From positions 14,407-78,406 of the forward strand of contig JAZRBB010000008.1 in the NCBI GenBank assembly GCA_045634865.1: DNA of 64,000 bases, given 5' to 3'. Below are positions 20,039-29,248 of the stretch, one piece after another. The DNA is from Candidatus Enterousia sp. (lineage in GTDB: Bacteria; Pseudomonadota; Alphaproteobacteria; Rs-D84). Within the stretch, counting starts at the first letter, position 1. The number at the start of each line of letters is the position of its first letter. The notes beneath the pieces are model-generated. The model was not told where the DNA came from and searched no databases. It worked only from the letters and a program-made list of their open reading frames with translations. A program made the translations under genes and the position numbers.

Positions 20039-20271
20039 TATTTTCCCCACATACACACCAAAAAATACCGATTTTTTGACGGTTCAGAACTATAAAAAGA
20101 TAATGGATACCATTCACAACCATTCAACCAAGTGAGTTGGAATTTTATCGTCATATACCAACGTCTTTCTATGGATTCTGAATCCCATCAGATGAACGCC
20201 ATCTGATACAAGAATGATAACAAAATGTGATATTTTAATACAAGAAAATTTTTTATTGATTTATCAATTAT

Positions 20272-20297
20272 AAAAACACTGCCCAAAAGGGCAGTAT
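20272..20297 (-). terminator. Intrinsic terminator after the lipoprotein gene
   Basis: ACTGCCC-AAAA-GGGCAGT hairpin with a T-run on the minus strand. Confidence 0.7.
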
Positions 20298-20314
20298 TGA
20301 ATAGTTTTGTTTTT

Positions 20315-20845
20315 TTATCGCTGTTTTTGTTTTTCAACAATTTTGCATATGCATTCGCCCGCAGGACGAGTTTTTTCCCAATCTACAGTATATTGTTTGT
20401 TATCTGTGTTTGCAGCCTCACAGATTTTTTGGCATGCAGTCATTTCCAATTCAACCTGTTCTTTTTGTTTGTTTGGGATAATATCTTGTCCATTGCACAA
20501 ACATGTATTTTTATCAAATTCGTATTTTGACGGCATATATTTACACTGATTACCTTGTTTAATAAACGCGCCACCGCAAGCATCAAAACACTTCATTGCA
20601 TATTTTTGTTTGTCTGCATCAGAAGAATATTTTTGTGCTTCTTTATCACGAACTTCTTTCAGAGCAGTTTGGAAACATACTCTATCGCTGTTGCTAAGAT
20701 TTTTGTTTGATTCAACGTCTTTTGACAAGATGATTTTTGCTTTTTCTTCTGGTTGTTCGTCCGTTGTTGCACAACCTGTCGCCATCAAAACGATAGTCGC
20801 ACCCGCAGCAATCGTGTTCTTAATTTTGTATTTAATATTTTGCAT
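20315..20845 (-). CDS. Cys-rich predicted lipoprotein
   Basis: Lipobox-like VLMATG-C; several paired Cys; ends VEKQKQR. Start moved to ATG 20845. Confidence 0.75.
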   Translation of the reverse strand: MQNIKYKIKNTIAAGATIVLMATGCATTDEQPEEKAKIILSKDVESNKNLSNSDRVCFQTALKEVRDKEAQKYSSDADKQKYAMKCFDACGGAFIKQGNQCKYMPSKYEFDKNTCLCNGQDIIPNKQKEQVELEMTACQKICEAANTDNKQYTVDWEKTRPAGECICKIVEKQKQR

Positions 20846-20946
20846 AGTTAAACCTTTTATTAAAAAACATTTTTGACAAAACATAACATAGTATATTTTA
20901 GACTATTGTCAAGTTTTTTTATGGCTTCGTCATAAAATAGCAGATT

Positions 20947-21678
20947 TTATCTGTGCAAATGTAATAAATTACACAAAAATGCGATAATTTTGTTATTTTG
21001 TGCAGATTTTTTGTGTGCAAGCGGTTTGGTTTCTTTCTGCACAGATAGGGCAGGCATAGGTTTGATGTGTTGAGGTAATTCCTTGTCGGCTATGACAATA
21101 TTATTTGCATCATAGACGATTTCATGGTTTCTGCCGTTGCCATCTGTTGCAATTTCGTGTTTTTCAACGATGATGGCTTTTGTTTCTGGTTCTGGTTTAT
21201 TATGATTTGGGTTCAGTTTTCTTTCCAATATAACTTTGTATTTCTCGTTCCTGACAATTTCGGTTATTTCACCTTTGTCAGAATACTTTAGTTCTTTTTG
21301 CCCCATAAGTTTTCCATTTTCGTATACTAAACAGCCAACATATCTACCAAGTTTATCAAATTTAGAATGGGAAACAATTTGGTGTTTAATGTCCATTACT
21401 ACTTCATGCCTGAATCCAGAAGAATCAATATCGGTTTCAATATAATGCGAAATTTTGCCGTCTGTATATATTTCCCCTTTTATCAAATAGCCCACAACAG
21501 AATATTGTTTGTCAGATACGATTTGGTTTTTATCGTTATAAATAAACTCCCTGTAATAACCATTGTTTTGTTTTATAGTCTTTTTACGACCAATTAAAAC
21601 ATTGTTCTGATACAGGTTTTCAATAATCAATTTTTCAGTTTTTTCCAGTTGATAATCATCAGATTCAGAACTAAACAT
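20947..21678 (-). CDS. Hypothetical protein with YD/MORN-like beta-hairpin repeats
   Basis: Repeated segments REFIYNDKNQIVSD, HEVVMDIKHQIVSH and HEIVYDANNIVIAD; no signal peptide; basic amphipathic tail. Confidence 0.65.
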   Translation of the reverse strand: MFSSESDDYQLEKTEKLIIENLYQNNVLIGRKKTIKQNNGYYREFIYNDKNQIVSDKQYSVVGYLIKGEIYTDGKISHYIETDIDSSGFRHEVVMDIKHQIVSHSKFDKLGRYVGCLVYENGKLMGQKELKYSDKGEITEIVRNEKYKVILERKLNPNHNKPEPETKAIIVEKHEIATDGNGRNHEIVYDANNIVIADKELPQHIKPMPALSVQKETKPLAHKKSAQNNKIIAFLCNLLHLHR

Positions 21679-21748
21679 CAAATACCCTTCGTAATCCAAT
21701 ACACAAATACAATACCAAAAAACACACTTGTGTCAAATTATTTTAAGT

Positions 21749-22732
21749 TCAAGCAAAATCATTTTTAATTTTTATTGTGAAACCAAGCAGGTTTACAAGT
21801 CTGTACTTCTTGTCATATGTAAAATTAACAGAAAACAAGCGTTTCAAGAATTTTTGTGGTTTATTTAAATCTATATGTATCATAGATGCCATTTGAATAC
21901 AGTATTCGCATAATTTTGTATTATTATTGTTATACGCATTTTTCAATACAGAATTCAGAGTGTGCTTTGCCCACTTGTTAAATAAACGTTTGAATTTATT
22001 ATATAACTTATATTTGTTCAGATGTTCATAAATATTGAAAATTATTTTGACGATATCAAATTCTTTGTCTTTTGTTTTTGCACCAGTTATAGAAGTCGGA
22101 CGTATCAGGTAATTATAGTATTTATTCGGGGTAAATATTCCACTTTTGATTTTGGTACAATAATACCATGTCCAGGCCTCGTCTTCGTTTATTAAATGTT
22201 CATCAAAACGTAAATTGAAATCATCAATAATTGATTTTTTATAAAGTTTATTGCACGAAATAGCAGGAAAATTCGTAAATTGTTTGTCTGAAAAAGTGCA
22301 TATTGGGCGTTTAATATCACAATATGCCACCATGGGTTTAAACAGTTCTGGTTCAGTATCGCCAATAAAAAACGGAGCTACGGACGCAATAACAATATCG
22401 TGGGTATCAATTAAATTCACCATATCATGTAGTGTTTCTGGCATAATCCAATCATCAGAATCCAGAAAATAAACATATTTACCTTGCGCTATATCTAATC
22501 CGGCGTTTCGTGCAGAAGATAAGCCACCATTAGTTTTATGTATAACCCTTATTCTGTCATCGTCCTTGGCAAGTTTGTCGCATATTTCTGGACAAGAATC
22601 TGTACTGCCGTCATCTATCAAAATAATTTCGATATCAGATAAAGTTTGTTTGATTACAGAAAGTACACATTTTTCTAGATATTGTGCAACATTATAAACA
22701 GGAATTATTACAGAAACGGTTTTATTTTTCAT
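21749..22732 (-). CDS. Glycosyltransferase family 2
   Basis: VSVIIPVYNVAQYL, DDGSTD, NGGLSSARNAGL, FLDSDD, EDEAW. Confidence 0.92.
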   Translation of the reverse strand: MKNKTVSVIIPVYNVAQYLEKCVLSVIKQTLSDIEIILIDDGSTDSCPEICDKLAKDDDRIRVIHKTNGGLSSARNAGLDIAQGKYVYFLDSDDWIMPETLHDMVNLIDTHDIVIASVAPFFIGDTEPELFKPMVAYCDIKRPICTFSDKQFTNFPAISCNKLYKKSIIDDFNLRFDEHLINEDEAWTWYYCTKIKSGIFTPNKYYNYLIRPTSITGAKTKDKEFDIVKIIFNIYEHLNKYKLYNKFKRLFNKWAKHTLNSVLKNAYNNNNTKLCEYCIQMASMIHIDLNKPQKFLKRLFSVNFTYDKKYRLVNLLGFTIKIKNDFA

Positions 22733-23393
22733 GTTTGCGATCTTTTTTACCATTGTTTTTTGTAGCAGCCAAATATTGTTTTGGAAATCTGCGGTCCCAA
22801 TTTACACCTTGTTTAACAACGCGTGCTGGATTTCCAGCCAATACGCAGTTTGGATTTGGGAATTTTCCTGCAACCACACTACGAGTGCCAACAATACAAT
22901 TATCTGCAATTTCTGTGTTCTTGCAGATTGTCGCATTTTCGCCCGGCCACACATGGTTTCCTATTTTTATATATTTACCGATATTTGTGACCTCTCCGTT
23001 TTCATTTATGATGGTATGCATATCAGTCGGCCAAAATCTTTCATTTATTGAAAACATACAATCTTCGCCAATAGTGATGGTTGTTCCGTCTTCATGTATT
23101 TTCACAGATAACCCGCCCATAGAACAATTTTTTCCGATATGTATTGTGCAATTATCTACTGGCGCATCTGTTCGTCCCAAAATAATATTTGCATAACATG
23201 GATATATACTATCTTCCTGGATAACTGTATTATTATTTCCATGAATTCGTACAATCACAGGCGAATCTTTCGGGACAGATATCTTGTTCCCGATGCCGTC
23301 GTTTAACAATTTTGGTCTATAACTGAATATCATCATACCGAACATATAGTATCTGACATGACTATCGCTATAAATCTTTTTTATCAGTTTCAT
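22722..23393 (-). CDS. Hexapeptide-repeat (LbH) O-acyltransferase
   Basis: IGEDCMFS, TDMH, IGNHVW, IADNCIVG, VLAGNPARVVK. Confidence 0.88.
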   Translation of the reverse strand: MKLIKKIYSDSHVRYYMFGMMIFSYRPKLLNDGIGNKISVPKDSPVIVRIHGNNNTVIQEDSIYPCYANIILGRTDAPVDNCTIHIGKNCSMGGLSVKIHEDGTTITIGEDCMFSINERFWPTDMHTIINENGEVTNIGKYIKIGNHVWPGENATICKNTEIADNCIVGTRSVVAGKFPNPNCVLAGNPARVVKQGVNWDRRFPKQYLAATKNNGKKDRKHEK

Positions 23394-24367
23394 TTTTTAC
23401 ACACCTTTATTTTTATTCCAAATAATGTTATGACAAGTTTGGAATTAATATGTTTTACAGAAAAAAGTTGTTTTACAAGATATTTAATCAAATATTTTGC
23501 AAAATAACGTTGTTGATTTACAGACTTTAATACTGTATACACCGTTCGTATTGTTTTTGGTCGGGAAACCGAATTAAATAATTTTTTGATATTTCTTTTG
23601 GTAAAGTCTGGAAATTTATCCAGCAGATTATATTTATAAAATAATTCCAATAACCCCAAGGCATAGTACCAGTCTGCATTTGTTTTATATGTATTAACAG
23701 ACACACTGTCGGCGTTATATACATAATATCTGTACCATGGCTGATTAAATAAACGCATATGAAAATCCTTGCATTTCAATACGCGGGATACGTTTATCAC
23801 AGCCTCTGGATAATATGTTAAATTATCATGAATAATCGGTGGTAAAACAGATTTTGCATATTCTGTTCTGAACAGCCATGGCGCGTTCAAAGTGTTTATT
23901 TTATCAGCATCACAAAAATATTCCAAATATTTATCTTTATCAAAATCTATATATTTTCCATCGATATGTGGGAATATATTATCATGTTGATCAATGAAAC
24001 AGCCGCCAATACAGGAATAATTTTTTGGTACATGCAGGGATAATTTATGTAAATCGTCAATCGTTGCAGATGAATACAATTCATCGTCAGAATCCAGTTC
24101 CAAAGACCATTTCCCAGACGCAATTTTATAGGCAGTACGTGTAGCAATATGTTTGCCACCATGTTTTATTTTTTTATAAATAATTGGAAAGTCAGTTATT
24201 TTAATAAACTTTGACACAATATCTGACGTGTTGTCATCTGAACCATCATCAACAATAATCCATTCAAAATTCTTGTTCGTTTGATTCATCAAAGAATTAA
24301 AGGCAATATGCAATTTGTTTGCCCGATTATATGTTGGTGTAATGATTGATAAAAACAAAGATTTCAT
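23390..24367 (-). CDS. Glycosyltransferase family 2
   Basis: SIITPTYNRA, WIIVDDGSDD, GGKH, LDSDD. Confidence 0.9.
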   Translation of the reverse strand: MKSLFLSIITPTYNRANKLHIAFNSLMNQTNKNFEWIIVDDGSDDNTSDIVSKFIKITDFPIIYKKIKHGGKHIATRTAYKIASGKWSLELDSDDELYSSATIDDLHKLSLHVPKNYSCIGGCFIDQHDNIFPHIDGKYIDFDKDKYLEYFCDADKINTLNAPWLFRTEYAKSVLPPIIHDNLTYYPEAVINVSRVLKCKDFHMRLFNQPWYRYYVYNADSVSVNTYKTNADWYYALGLLELFYKYNLLDKFPDFTKRNIKKLFNSVSRPKTIRTVYTVLKSVNQQRYFAKYLIKYLVKQLFSVKHINSKLVITLFGIKIKVCKK

Positions 24368-24437
24368 TTATTTTGTCTCCGATATCAAATTGATTATTCT
24401 GATATACTATCTCTTTTATAAATCCTGTTAAATAATC

Positions 24438-25553
24438 TCATTTCCAAAAAGCTTTTATTATTTGTGCTATTTTTTCTGCGGCGTGCCCATCACCATACGG
24501 ATTTTTAGAACCGTCTAAGCGAGTTGCGGATTTATCGTGTGATAAAATAACATCTGCTTCTGCAATAATTTTGTCAGTATCCGCCCCAACCAATTTAGCA
24601 AAACCTGCTTTGATGCCCTCTGTTCGCTCCGTTTCGTATCGCATCACTAATACAGGATTCCCAAAAGTGGGGGCTTCTTCTTGAATGCCACCAGAGTCTG
24701 TTAAAACCAATTTAGTATTTTGTATCAATCGGACTAACTCTGGATAATTCAGTGGTTCTGTAAGGATTATATTAGGTATTTCTTTAAGTTGTGCATATAT
24801 TTTATCGTGAACATTGGGGTTTGGGTGTACTGGTATTACAAATTGATGGTCGCTATATTTGGTTGTTAATGTTGCAATAGCAGATAGAATATTATTCAAT
24901 CTGAGACCATGATTTTCACGACGATGAACAGTTATTAGCACAAGTTTATCGTTTAGTTTTATTCCACGAGATTCCAGTGCCTTATCCGCTGTATTTAACG
25001 TATTTTCTGACAGACAATGAAGCGCATCAATAACAGTGTTTCCTGTTAAAAATATGTTGTTTTTATTTATATTTTCATGAATTAAAGAATCATAAGCCAA
25101 TTGTGTGGGCGCGAAATGTAAATCGGTGATGCGTGCTGTCATTTGTCGCATTGCTTCTTCTGGAAATGGCTCAAATAAACCATATGAACGCAGACCTGCT
25201 TCAACATGAAACACAGGAATACGATTATAAAATGAAACCAGTGCTCCACAAAATACAGTCATTGTGTCGCCTTGAACAATTGTTGCGTTTATTTTGTTGT
25301 TTGTATAAACGTCAGACAATTTATTCAAAATCTTTGATTGAACCCCCGCCAGTGTTTGATTTGGACACATAACGTCTAAATTAAAATTTGCATGTATCCC
25401 AAAAAAACCGAGTGTTTGATTTGACAATTCTTTTTGTTGCTCTGTATTACAAACCAGGACATTATATTCTGGATTTTTTTGCAACTCCAAAATAACAGGG
25501 GCAAGCTTTATCGCCTCTGGTCGAGTGCCAAGAACTATAAGTATGTTTTTCAT
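24438..25553 (-). CDS. wecB: UDP-N-acetylglucosamine 2-epimerase (non-hydrolysing)
   Basis: GTRPEAIKLAP, VQGDT, HVEAGLRS, PFPEE, GNTVIDAL, HRREN, TDSGGIQEEAP, NPYGDG. ATGA overlap with the upstream gene. Confidence 0.95.
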   Translation of the reverse strand: MKNILIVLGTRPEAIKLAPVILELQKNPEYNVLVCNTEQQKELSNQTLGFFGIHANFNLDVMCPNQTLAGVQSKILNKLSDVYTNNKINATIVQGDTMTVFCGALVSFYNRIPVFHVEAGLRSYGLFEPFPEEAMRQMTARITDLHFAPTQLAYDSLIHENINKNNIFLTGNTVIDALHCLSENTLNTADKALESRGIKLNDKLVLITVHRRENHGLRLNNILSAIATLTTKYSDHQFVIPVHPNPNVHDKIYAQLKEIPNIILTEPLNYPELVRLIQNTKLVLTDSGGIQEEAPTFGNPVLVMRYETERTEGIKAGFAKLVGADTDKIIAEADVILSHDKSATRLDGSKNPYGDGHAAEKIAQIIKAFWK

Positions 25554-26341
25554 TTGTGTTTCCATATCAATGCATAAAATTTTTTAGCAGAAATTCGTAT
25601 TTTAAGCAAGATTTTTTCGTTTTTATGTACAGGCATAATATTTGTGTGGTGGACTCTCTTGAATCTTACAATACTGAAACGACCAATTTTTAGTTTGTTT
25701 TTTCTGTTCCAGCCATCAAGCCAAGATCCGTTAAATAAATGAATTGAATAATTGGGTTTGTTTTCAACAGGTGTGCAGAAAAACCAAGATGGATAAATCA
25801 CACCATCTTCATTTAATTTTATTGTTTGTTTTCCATCATAAGGTGGTCGAACATCGTATTTATCACGAAAATAATTAGACACCCGAACAGTATTGGTAAT
25901 TTGATTATATGTTCCATCTGAATTTATGAAATGTAAACCATCATATTGTGATAATAAATCGGTAATAATAACAGAATCTTTTTCCGCCCCCATAAAGGCT
26001 GTAAATGGAAAATCCATATTACGAAAAGATTCGTGTCCTGTGACAAATTTGTTGTTTCTGAATTGATCGATATTGTTAGTTAGTTCTAGGTCGGAATCAA
26101 AATAAAATCCCCCAAATTTTTTCAGAGCATATAGACGGATATAATCAGATACAAATGCCCATTTTTTTTCTTGAAAGGCTTCGTTAACATACGCATTATT
26201 GATTTCTTGCAGACAATCATTGTTCCATTCAATGATCTTATAATCTGGACAAAACTTCTTCCAGGATTCGATACATCTTTTTACCAATTCTGGTTTGTCC
26301 TGGGTTCCCACCCATACAAAATGAATAATTTTAGGTATCAT
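25550..26341 (-). CDS. Glycosyltransferase family 32 (DXD sugar-binding, capsular polysaccharide type)
   Basis: MIPKIIHFVWVG, WKKFCPDY, WAFVSDYIRLYAL, GGFYFDSD, HLFNGSW. Confidence 0.9.
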   Translation of the reverse strand: MIPKIIHFVWVGTQDKPELVKRCIESWKKFCPDYKIIEWNNDCLQEINNAYVNEAFQEKKWAFVSDYIRLYALKKFGGFYFDSDLELTNNIDQFRNNKFVTGHESFRNMDFPFTAFMGAEKDSVIITDLLSQYDGLHFINSDGTYNQITNTVRVSNYFRDKYDVRPPYDGKQTIKLNEDGVIYPSWFFCTPVENKPNYSIHLFNGSWLDGWNRKNKLKIGRFSIVRFKRVHHTNIMPVHKNEKILLKIRISAKKFYALIWKHK

Positions 26342-27503
26342 TATTTTGCCTTTTGTTTATCAAATTGATAATTTCGTTTGCAATTGTTTGTGGATTAAAC
26401 CTGTCCAATGATTTTAATGCCTGGGCTTTCATGGTTTTTGTTTTAACCAAATTATTATATACATCAGCCAAAGCCCCGGTTAATTCATCAATATTACCGG
26501 GCTGAAACAAAATTCCTGCACGTCCGTTCATCAAAATTTCATGTGGTCCATTTGGACAATCTGATGATATGTTCAGTGTATTCGCAGCCATAGCTTCAAT
26601 CAGAACTTGCCCGAAACCTTCGTTATAACTGGACAATATATGCGCCATTGAACCAGCCATATAGCCAAAAGGATTTTGTTTGTTGCCTGTGAATATTATT
26701 TGTTCCGCAGATTGTAATGTTTTTGCAAGATTCTGAAAATCTTGTGCTTTTTCGCCACTGCCCACAATATACAATTTGACATCAGGGCGATTTTCATTTT
26801 GCCAAAATTTATCGAAAGCGATAAGTAATGTTTTTATATCTTTGTCAGAATCTAATCTTGATACACATGAAAAATATTTGCCGTCCGGAACATTCGCAGA
26901 TTTAAGTTTTTTCTGAATTTCTGTCAAATTTATCGGATTATATATGCGTACGGCTTTATCTGCATAATCTGGATAAGTTTTAATAAAATCTGATAAAAAA
27001 CTATCGCTGATTGTGACGATTTTATCATATTGGCGCAGTCCAGATATCAAATTATTTTCACGAAAATAATTCATCGAACAATGTGCCCATGTCAATTTCA
27101 TCGGACCAGATATATTTCGTATCAGTTTGGAAGAATAACCGCTGATATAATCAATCAAAGCATCAAAATGTTTTTTGCGCACACGTGGTGCCATAATAAA
27201 ATTGCGATATTTTCTGTATATACCAAAACAAATGCGTTTCAGCAGTCTGCGTATCGGATGTTTTTTATTTTGCCTGTCAAAAAAGCGCGCCAACGGATAA
27301 TAAATAACAACATTTATATTCGGGTGCTTGTCCAGCCATTTTATATACACAGGTTCAATAATTGTTCGATGTGAATACAAAGTTATTTCAACATTTTTGC
27401 TGGCCAGCAAGGCATTAATCGTGTTCATTAAAACAGTGCCAACGCCACCAACGCGCAAATCATACATAAAAAAAGCGATTTTCAGTTTTTGCTGTTTTTT
27501 CAT
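26331..27503 (-). CDS. Glycosyltransferase family 4
   Basis: GGVGTVL, VRIYNPI, SSYNEGFGQVLIEAM, SSDCPNGPHEIL. Start is 27503 or 27551. Confidence 0.88.
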   Translation of the reverse strand: MKKQQKLKIAFFMYDLRVGGVGTVLMNTINALLASKNVEITLYSHRTIIEPVYIKWLDKHPNINVVIYYPLARFFDRQNKKHPIRRLLKRICFGIYRKYRNFIMAPRVRKKHFDALIDYISGYSSKLIRNISGPMKLTWAHCSMNYFRENNLISGLRQYDKIVTISDSFLSDFIKTYPDYADKAVRIYNPINLTEIQKKLKSANVPDGKYFSCVSRLDSDKDIKTLLIAFDKFWQNENRPDVKLYIVGSGEKAQDFQNLAKTLQSAEQIIFTGNKQNPFGYMAGSMAHILSSYNEGFGQVLIEAMAANTLNISSDCPNGPHEILMNGRAGILFQPGNIDELTGALADVYNNLVKTKTMKAQALKSLDRFNPQTIANEIINLINKRQNNDT

Positions 27504-27860
27504 AAAATAACTTTTCAACCTTTTTGATGATGCAAGTATTCTATAAAACACCGGCTATTTCAATACAATTTTACCAGATGCCCAAATATCATTATAAAGA
27601 CCCGTCAGTTGGGTTGCATAACCCAATTATCAATGCTAAACGATTCGTTTTATGGCTGTGAATATATGTAATAATAGGAAAATTTTACCGCATTTTATTC
27701 CTGATGTGATATTGAATTTTTGCCTGGTTTTTGGGAATTTTTTATTATTCAATCGCATTCAATATCCCCATTTTATAAATCTGATTTCTAAAAACGGTAT
27801 AAAGTAAATTTCCTAAACAGGAATATAATGAATGATGTCGCAACACAAAGGAGTAAAAAA

Positions 27861-28088
27861 ATGACACATCAAGATATATGGCAAGCAATTGATAATTTTG
27901 CTTTTCAACAACAAATGTCCTGCTCGGGTCTGGCAAAGTTTTCTGGGTTGGACGCAACAACGTTTAATAAAAGCAAACGCTGGTCAAAATATGGTCAGCC
28001 CAGATGGCCATCCACAGGAAGTATCGCAAAGATATTGAATTCCACAGGAAAAACTTTGGAGGACTTTATAAAATGCGTTTGCGAATAA
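27861..28088 (+). CDS. Stand-alone helix-turn-helix protein resembling the N-terminal domain of alphaproteobacterial S24/CI-like repressors
   Basis: MTHQDIWQAIDNFA...SGLAKFSGLDATTFNKSKR...PRWPSTGSIAKIL with an AAGGAG RBS; stops before any peptidase S24 domain. Confidence 0.75.
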   Translation: MTHQDIWQAIDNFAFQQQMSCSGLAKFSGLDATTFNKSKRWSKYGQPRWPSTGSIAKILNSTGKTLEDFIKCVCE

Positions 28089-28125
28089 AGATTTTTATTT
28101 ACAAACAGATTTATATGGCTAATAT

Positions 28126-29034
28126 ATGAATATGTCCACATTAAAAACAAAACTGATTTTATTGAAAGAGTTATTGGCTCTGAAGGAAGTTGTTGATAAG
28201 GGTAGTATTCAGATTGCCGCATGTGAAAACGGCATCAAAAATTCTAATCTTTCCCAAATGATTAAAGAATTAGAAGACAGATTTCATACTAAACTTATCA
28301 ACCGCAGTTTTGATGGCAGTCAACCGACAAATTCAGCTCAGTTGATTTATAACGATATATGTGCCATAGAAGAATTGCTTAATAAAATCGCAGAAAATTT
28401 TGTGGATATGGAGGCTTTGTCCGGTTCAATGTCTGTCTGGACCGAAGAAGGTTTATTCGGCAGTTTTATTCTGAAAGATTTGTCTGAATTTTATGCCAAG
28501 TATCCAAAACTGCGTTTGGAATTATTGATGCGCAAAGAGCCTGATATATCCAACATGGATATTTTAATCATTAAACCAAAAGTGCATCCAAATATTCATG
28601 GAACCGTTTTGTTCAAGTTCAAGACGCATCTGAAATTTTATACCAGTAAAAAATATCTGGAAACACATGGTGTTCCACAAAATATAAACGATTTGCTAGA
28701 AAATCATGATTTGTGTATGGTTTATCGTTATATGAATTTGCCCGAATGCCAAAGCATTATAAAACGTGCCAAGCATTTGAATACTATTTCTGATTCATTG
28801 GCTTTGATATACAGATTGGTTAACGATGGCGACGGTATTACGGTATTTCCATCTTGGTTTGAGGATAGCAGTAAGAATCTGGTTTGCTTGAATGATTTAG
28901 ATTTTGAATACGAAATGGAAACCCAGTGCGTCTGCAGGACAGAGATTGCAGAATCACCAAAAGTTTGCGCTTTCGTGAATTTCTTTATAGATTTTTGCAA
29001 GGGCCACAACGTCCCAATTGATATATATTATTGA
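28126..29034 (+). CDS. LysR-family transcriptional regulator
   Basis: N-terminal wHTH (GSIQIAA...NLSQMIKELEDRFHTKLINRS) and CrgA-like sensor (YPKLRLEL, YLETHGVPQNINDLLENHDLC). Confidence 0.88.
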   Translation: MNMSTLKTKLILLKELLALKEVVDKGSIQIAACENGIKNSNLSQMIKELEDRFHTKLINRSFDGSQPTNSAQLIYNDICAIEELLNKIAENFVDMEALSGSMSVWTEEGLFGSFILKDLSEFYAKYPKLRLELLMRKEPDISNMDILIIKPKVHPNIHGTVLFKFKTHLKFYTSKKYLETHGVPQNINDLLENHDLCMVYRYMNLPECQSIIKRAKHLNTISDSLALIYRLVNDGDGITVFPSWFEDSSKNLVCLNDLDFEYEMETQCVCRTEIAESPKVCAFVNFFIDFCKGHNVPIDIYY

Positions 29035-29140
29035 TTGTTTTTTTTGTTTTTCGGCAGGAAAAAGAAAATCATATAAACCCAGATCGCGATTAGCTTGGTC
29101 GGCCATGCCGATACTCTGAATCAAACGGGCGCGAACAAAC

Positions 29141-29171
29141 AATTAAACCGGCAAAATGCCGGTTGAATTTT
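29141..29171. terminator. Bidirectional terminator-like hairpin
   Basis: AATTAAACCGGCA-AAA-TGCCGGTTGAATTTTT. Confidence 0.6.
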
Positions 29172-29199
29172 TGGTTGGGGTGTGCGGGCGAAACGCGAG

Positions 29200-29228
29200 T
29201 TGAGAGATATACTGTTTTGTGTTATAAT
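29200..29228 (+). promoter_or_regulatory. Sigma70-type promoter of the methyltransferase gene
   Basis: TTGAGA-17 nt-TATAAT with an extended -10 TG. Confidence 0.7.
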
Positions 29229-29248
29229 TATTGGAAAGGATTTTGGTT

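Noticed and set aside
20160-20207. Fluoride riboswitch call for the leader hairpin (GAUGGCGUUC)
   Set aside because: The 5' half resembles the consensus, but the conserved UGAUGAC-type 3' segment is absent and the downstream gene is not fluoride-related; kept only as an unnamed structured leader.
20315-20845. Lipoprotein as the missing VirB7
   Set aside because: About 175 aa, Cys-rich and unlinked to virB8-10; nothing in the sequence supports VirB7 homology.
21749-27503. Polysaccharide cluster as a mobile genomic island
   Set aside because: No integrase, att repeats or IS ends were seen at its borders; treated as an ordinary variable glycan locus.
28954-29142. 62-aa minus-strand ORF overlapping the lysR end
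   Set aside because: No RBS, overlaps lysR antisense and begins just after a terminator hairpin; no recognisable motif.
29126-29166. Possible tmRNA tag reading frame (ANKQLNRQNAG)
   Set aside because: Does not end in the AA-type degron, and no tRNA-like acceptor piece is nearby.
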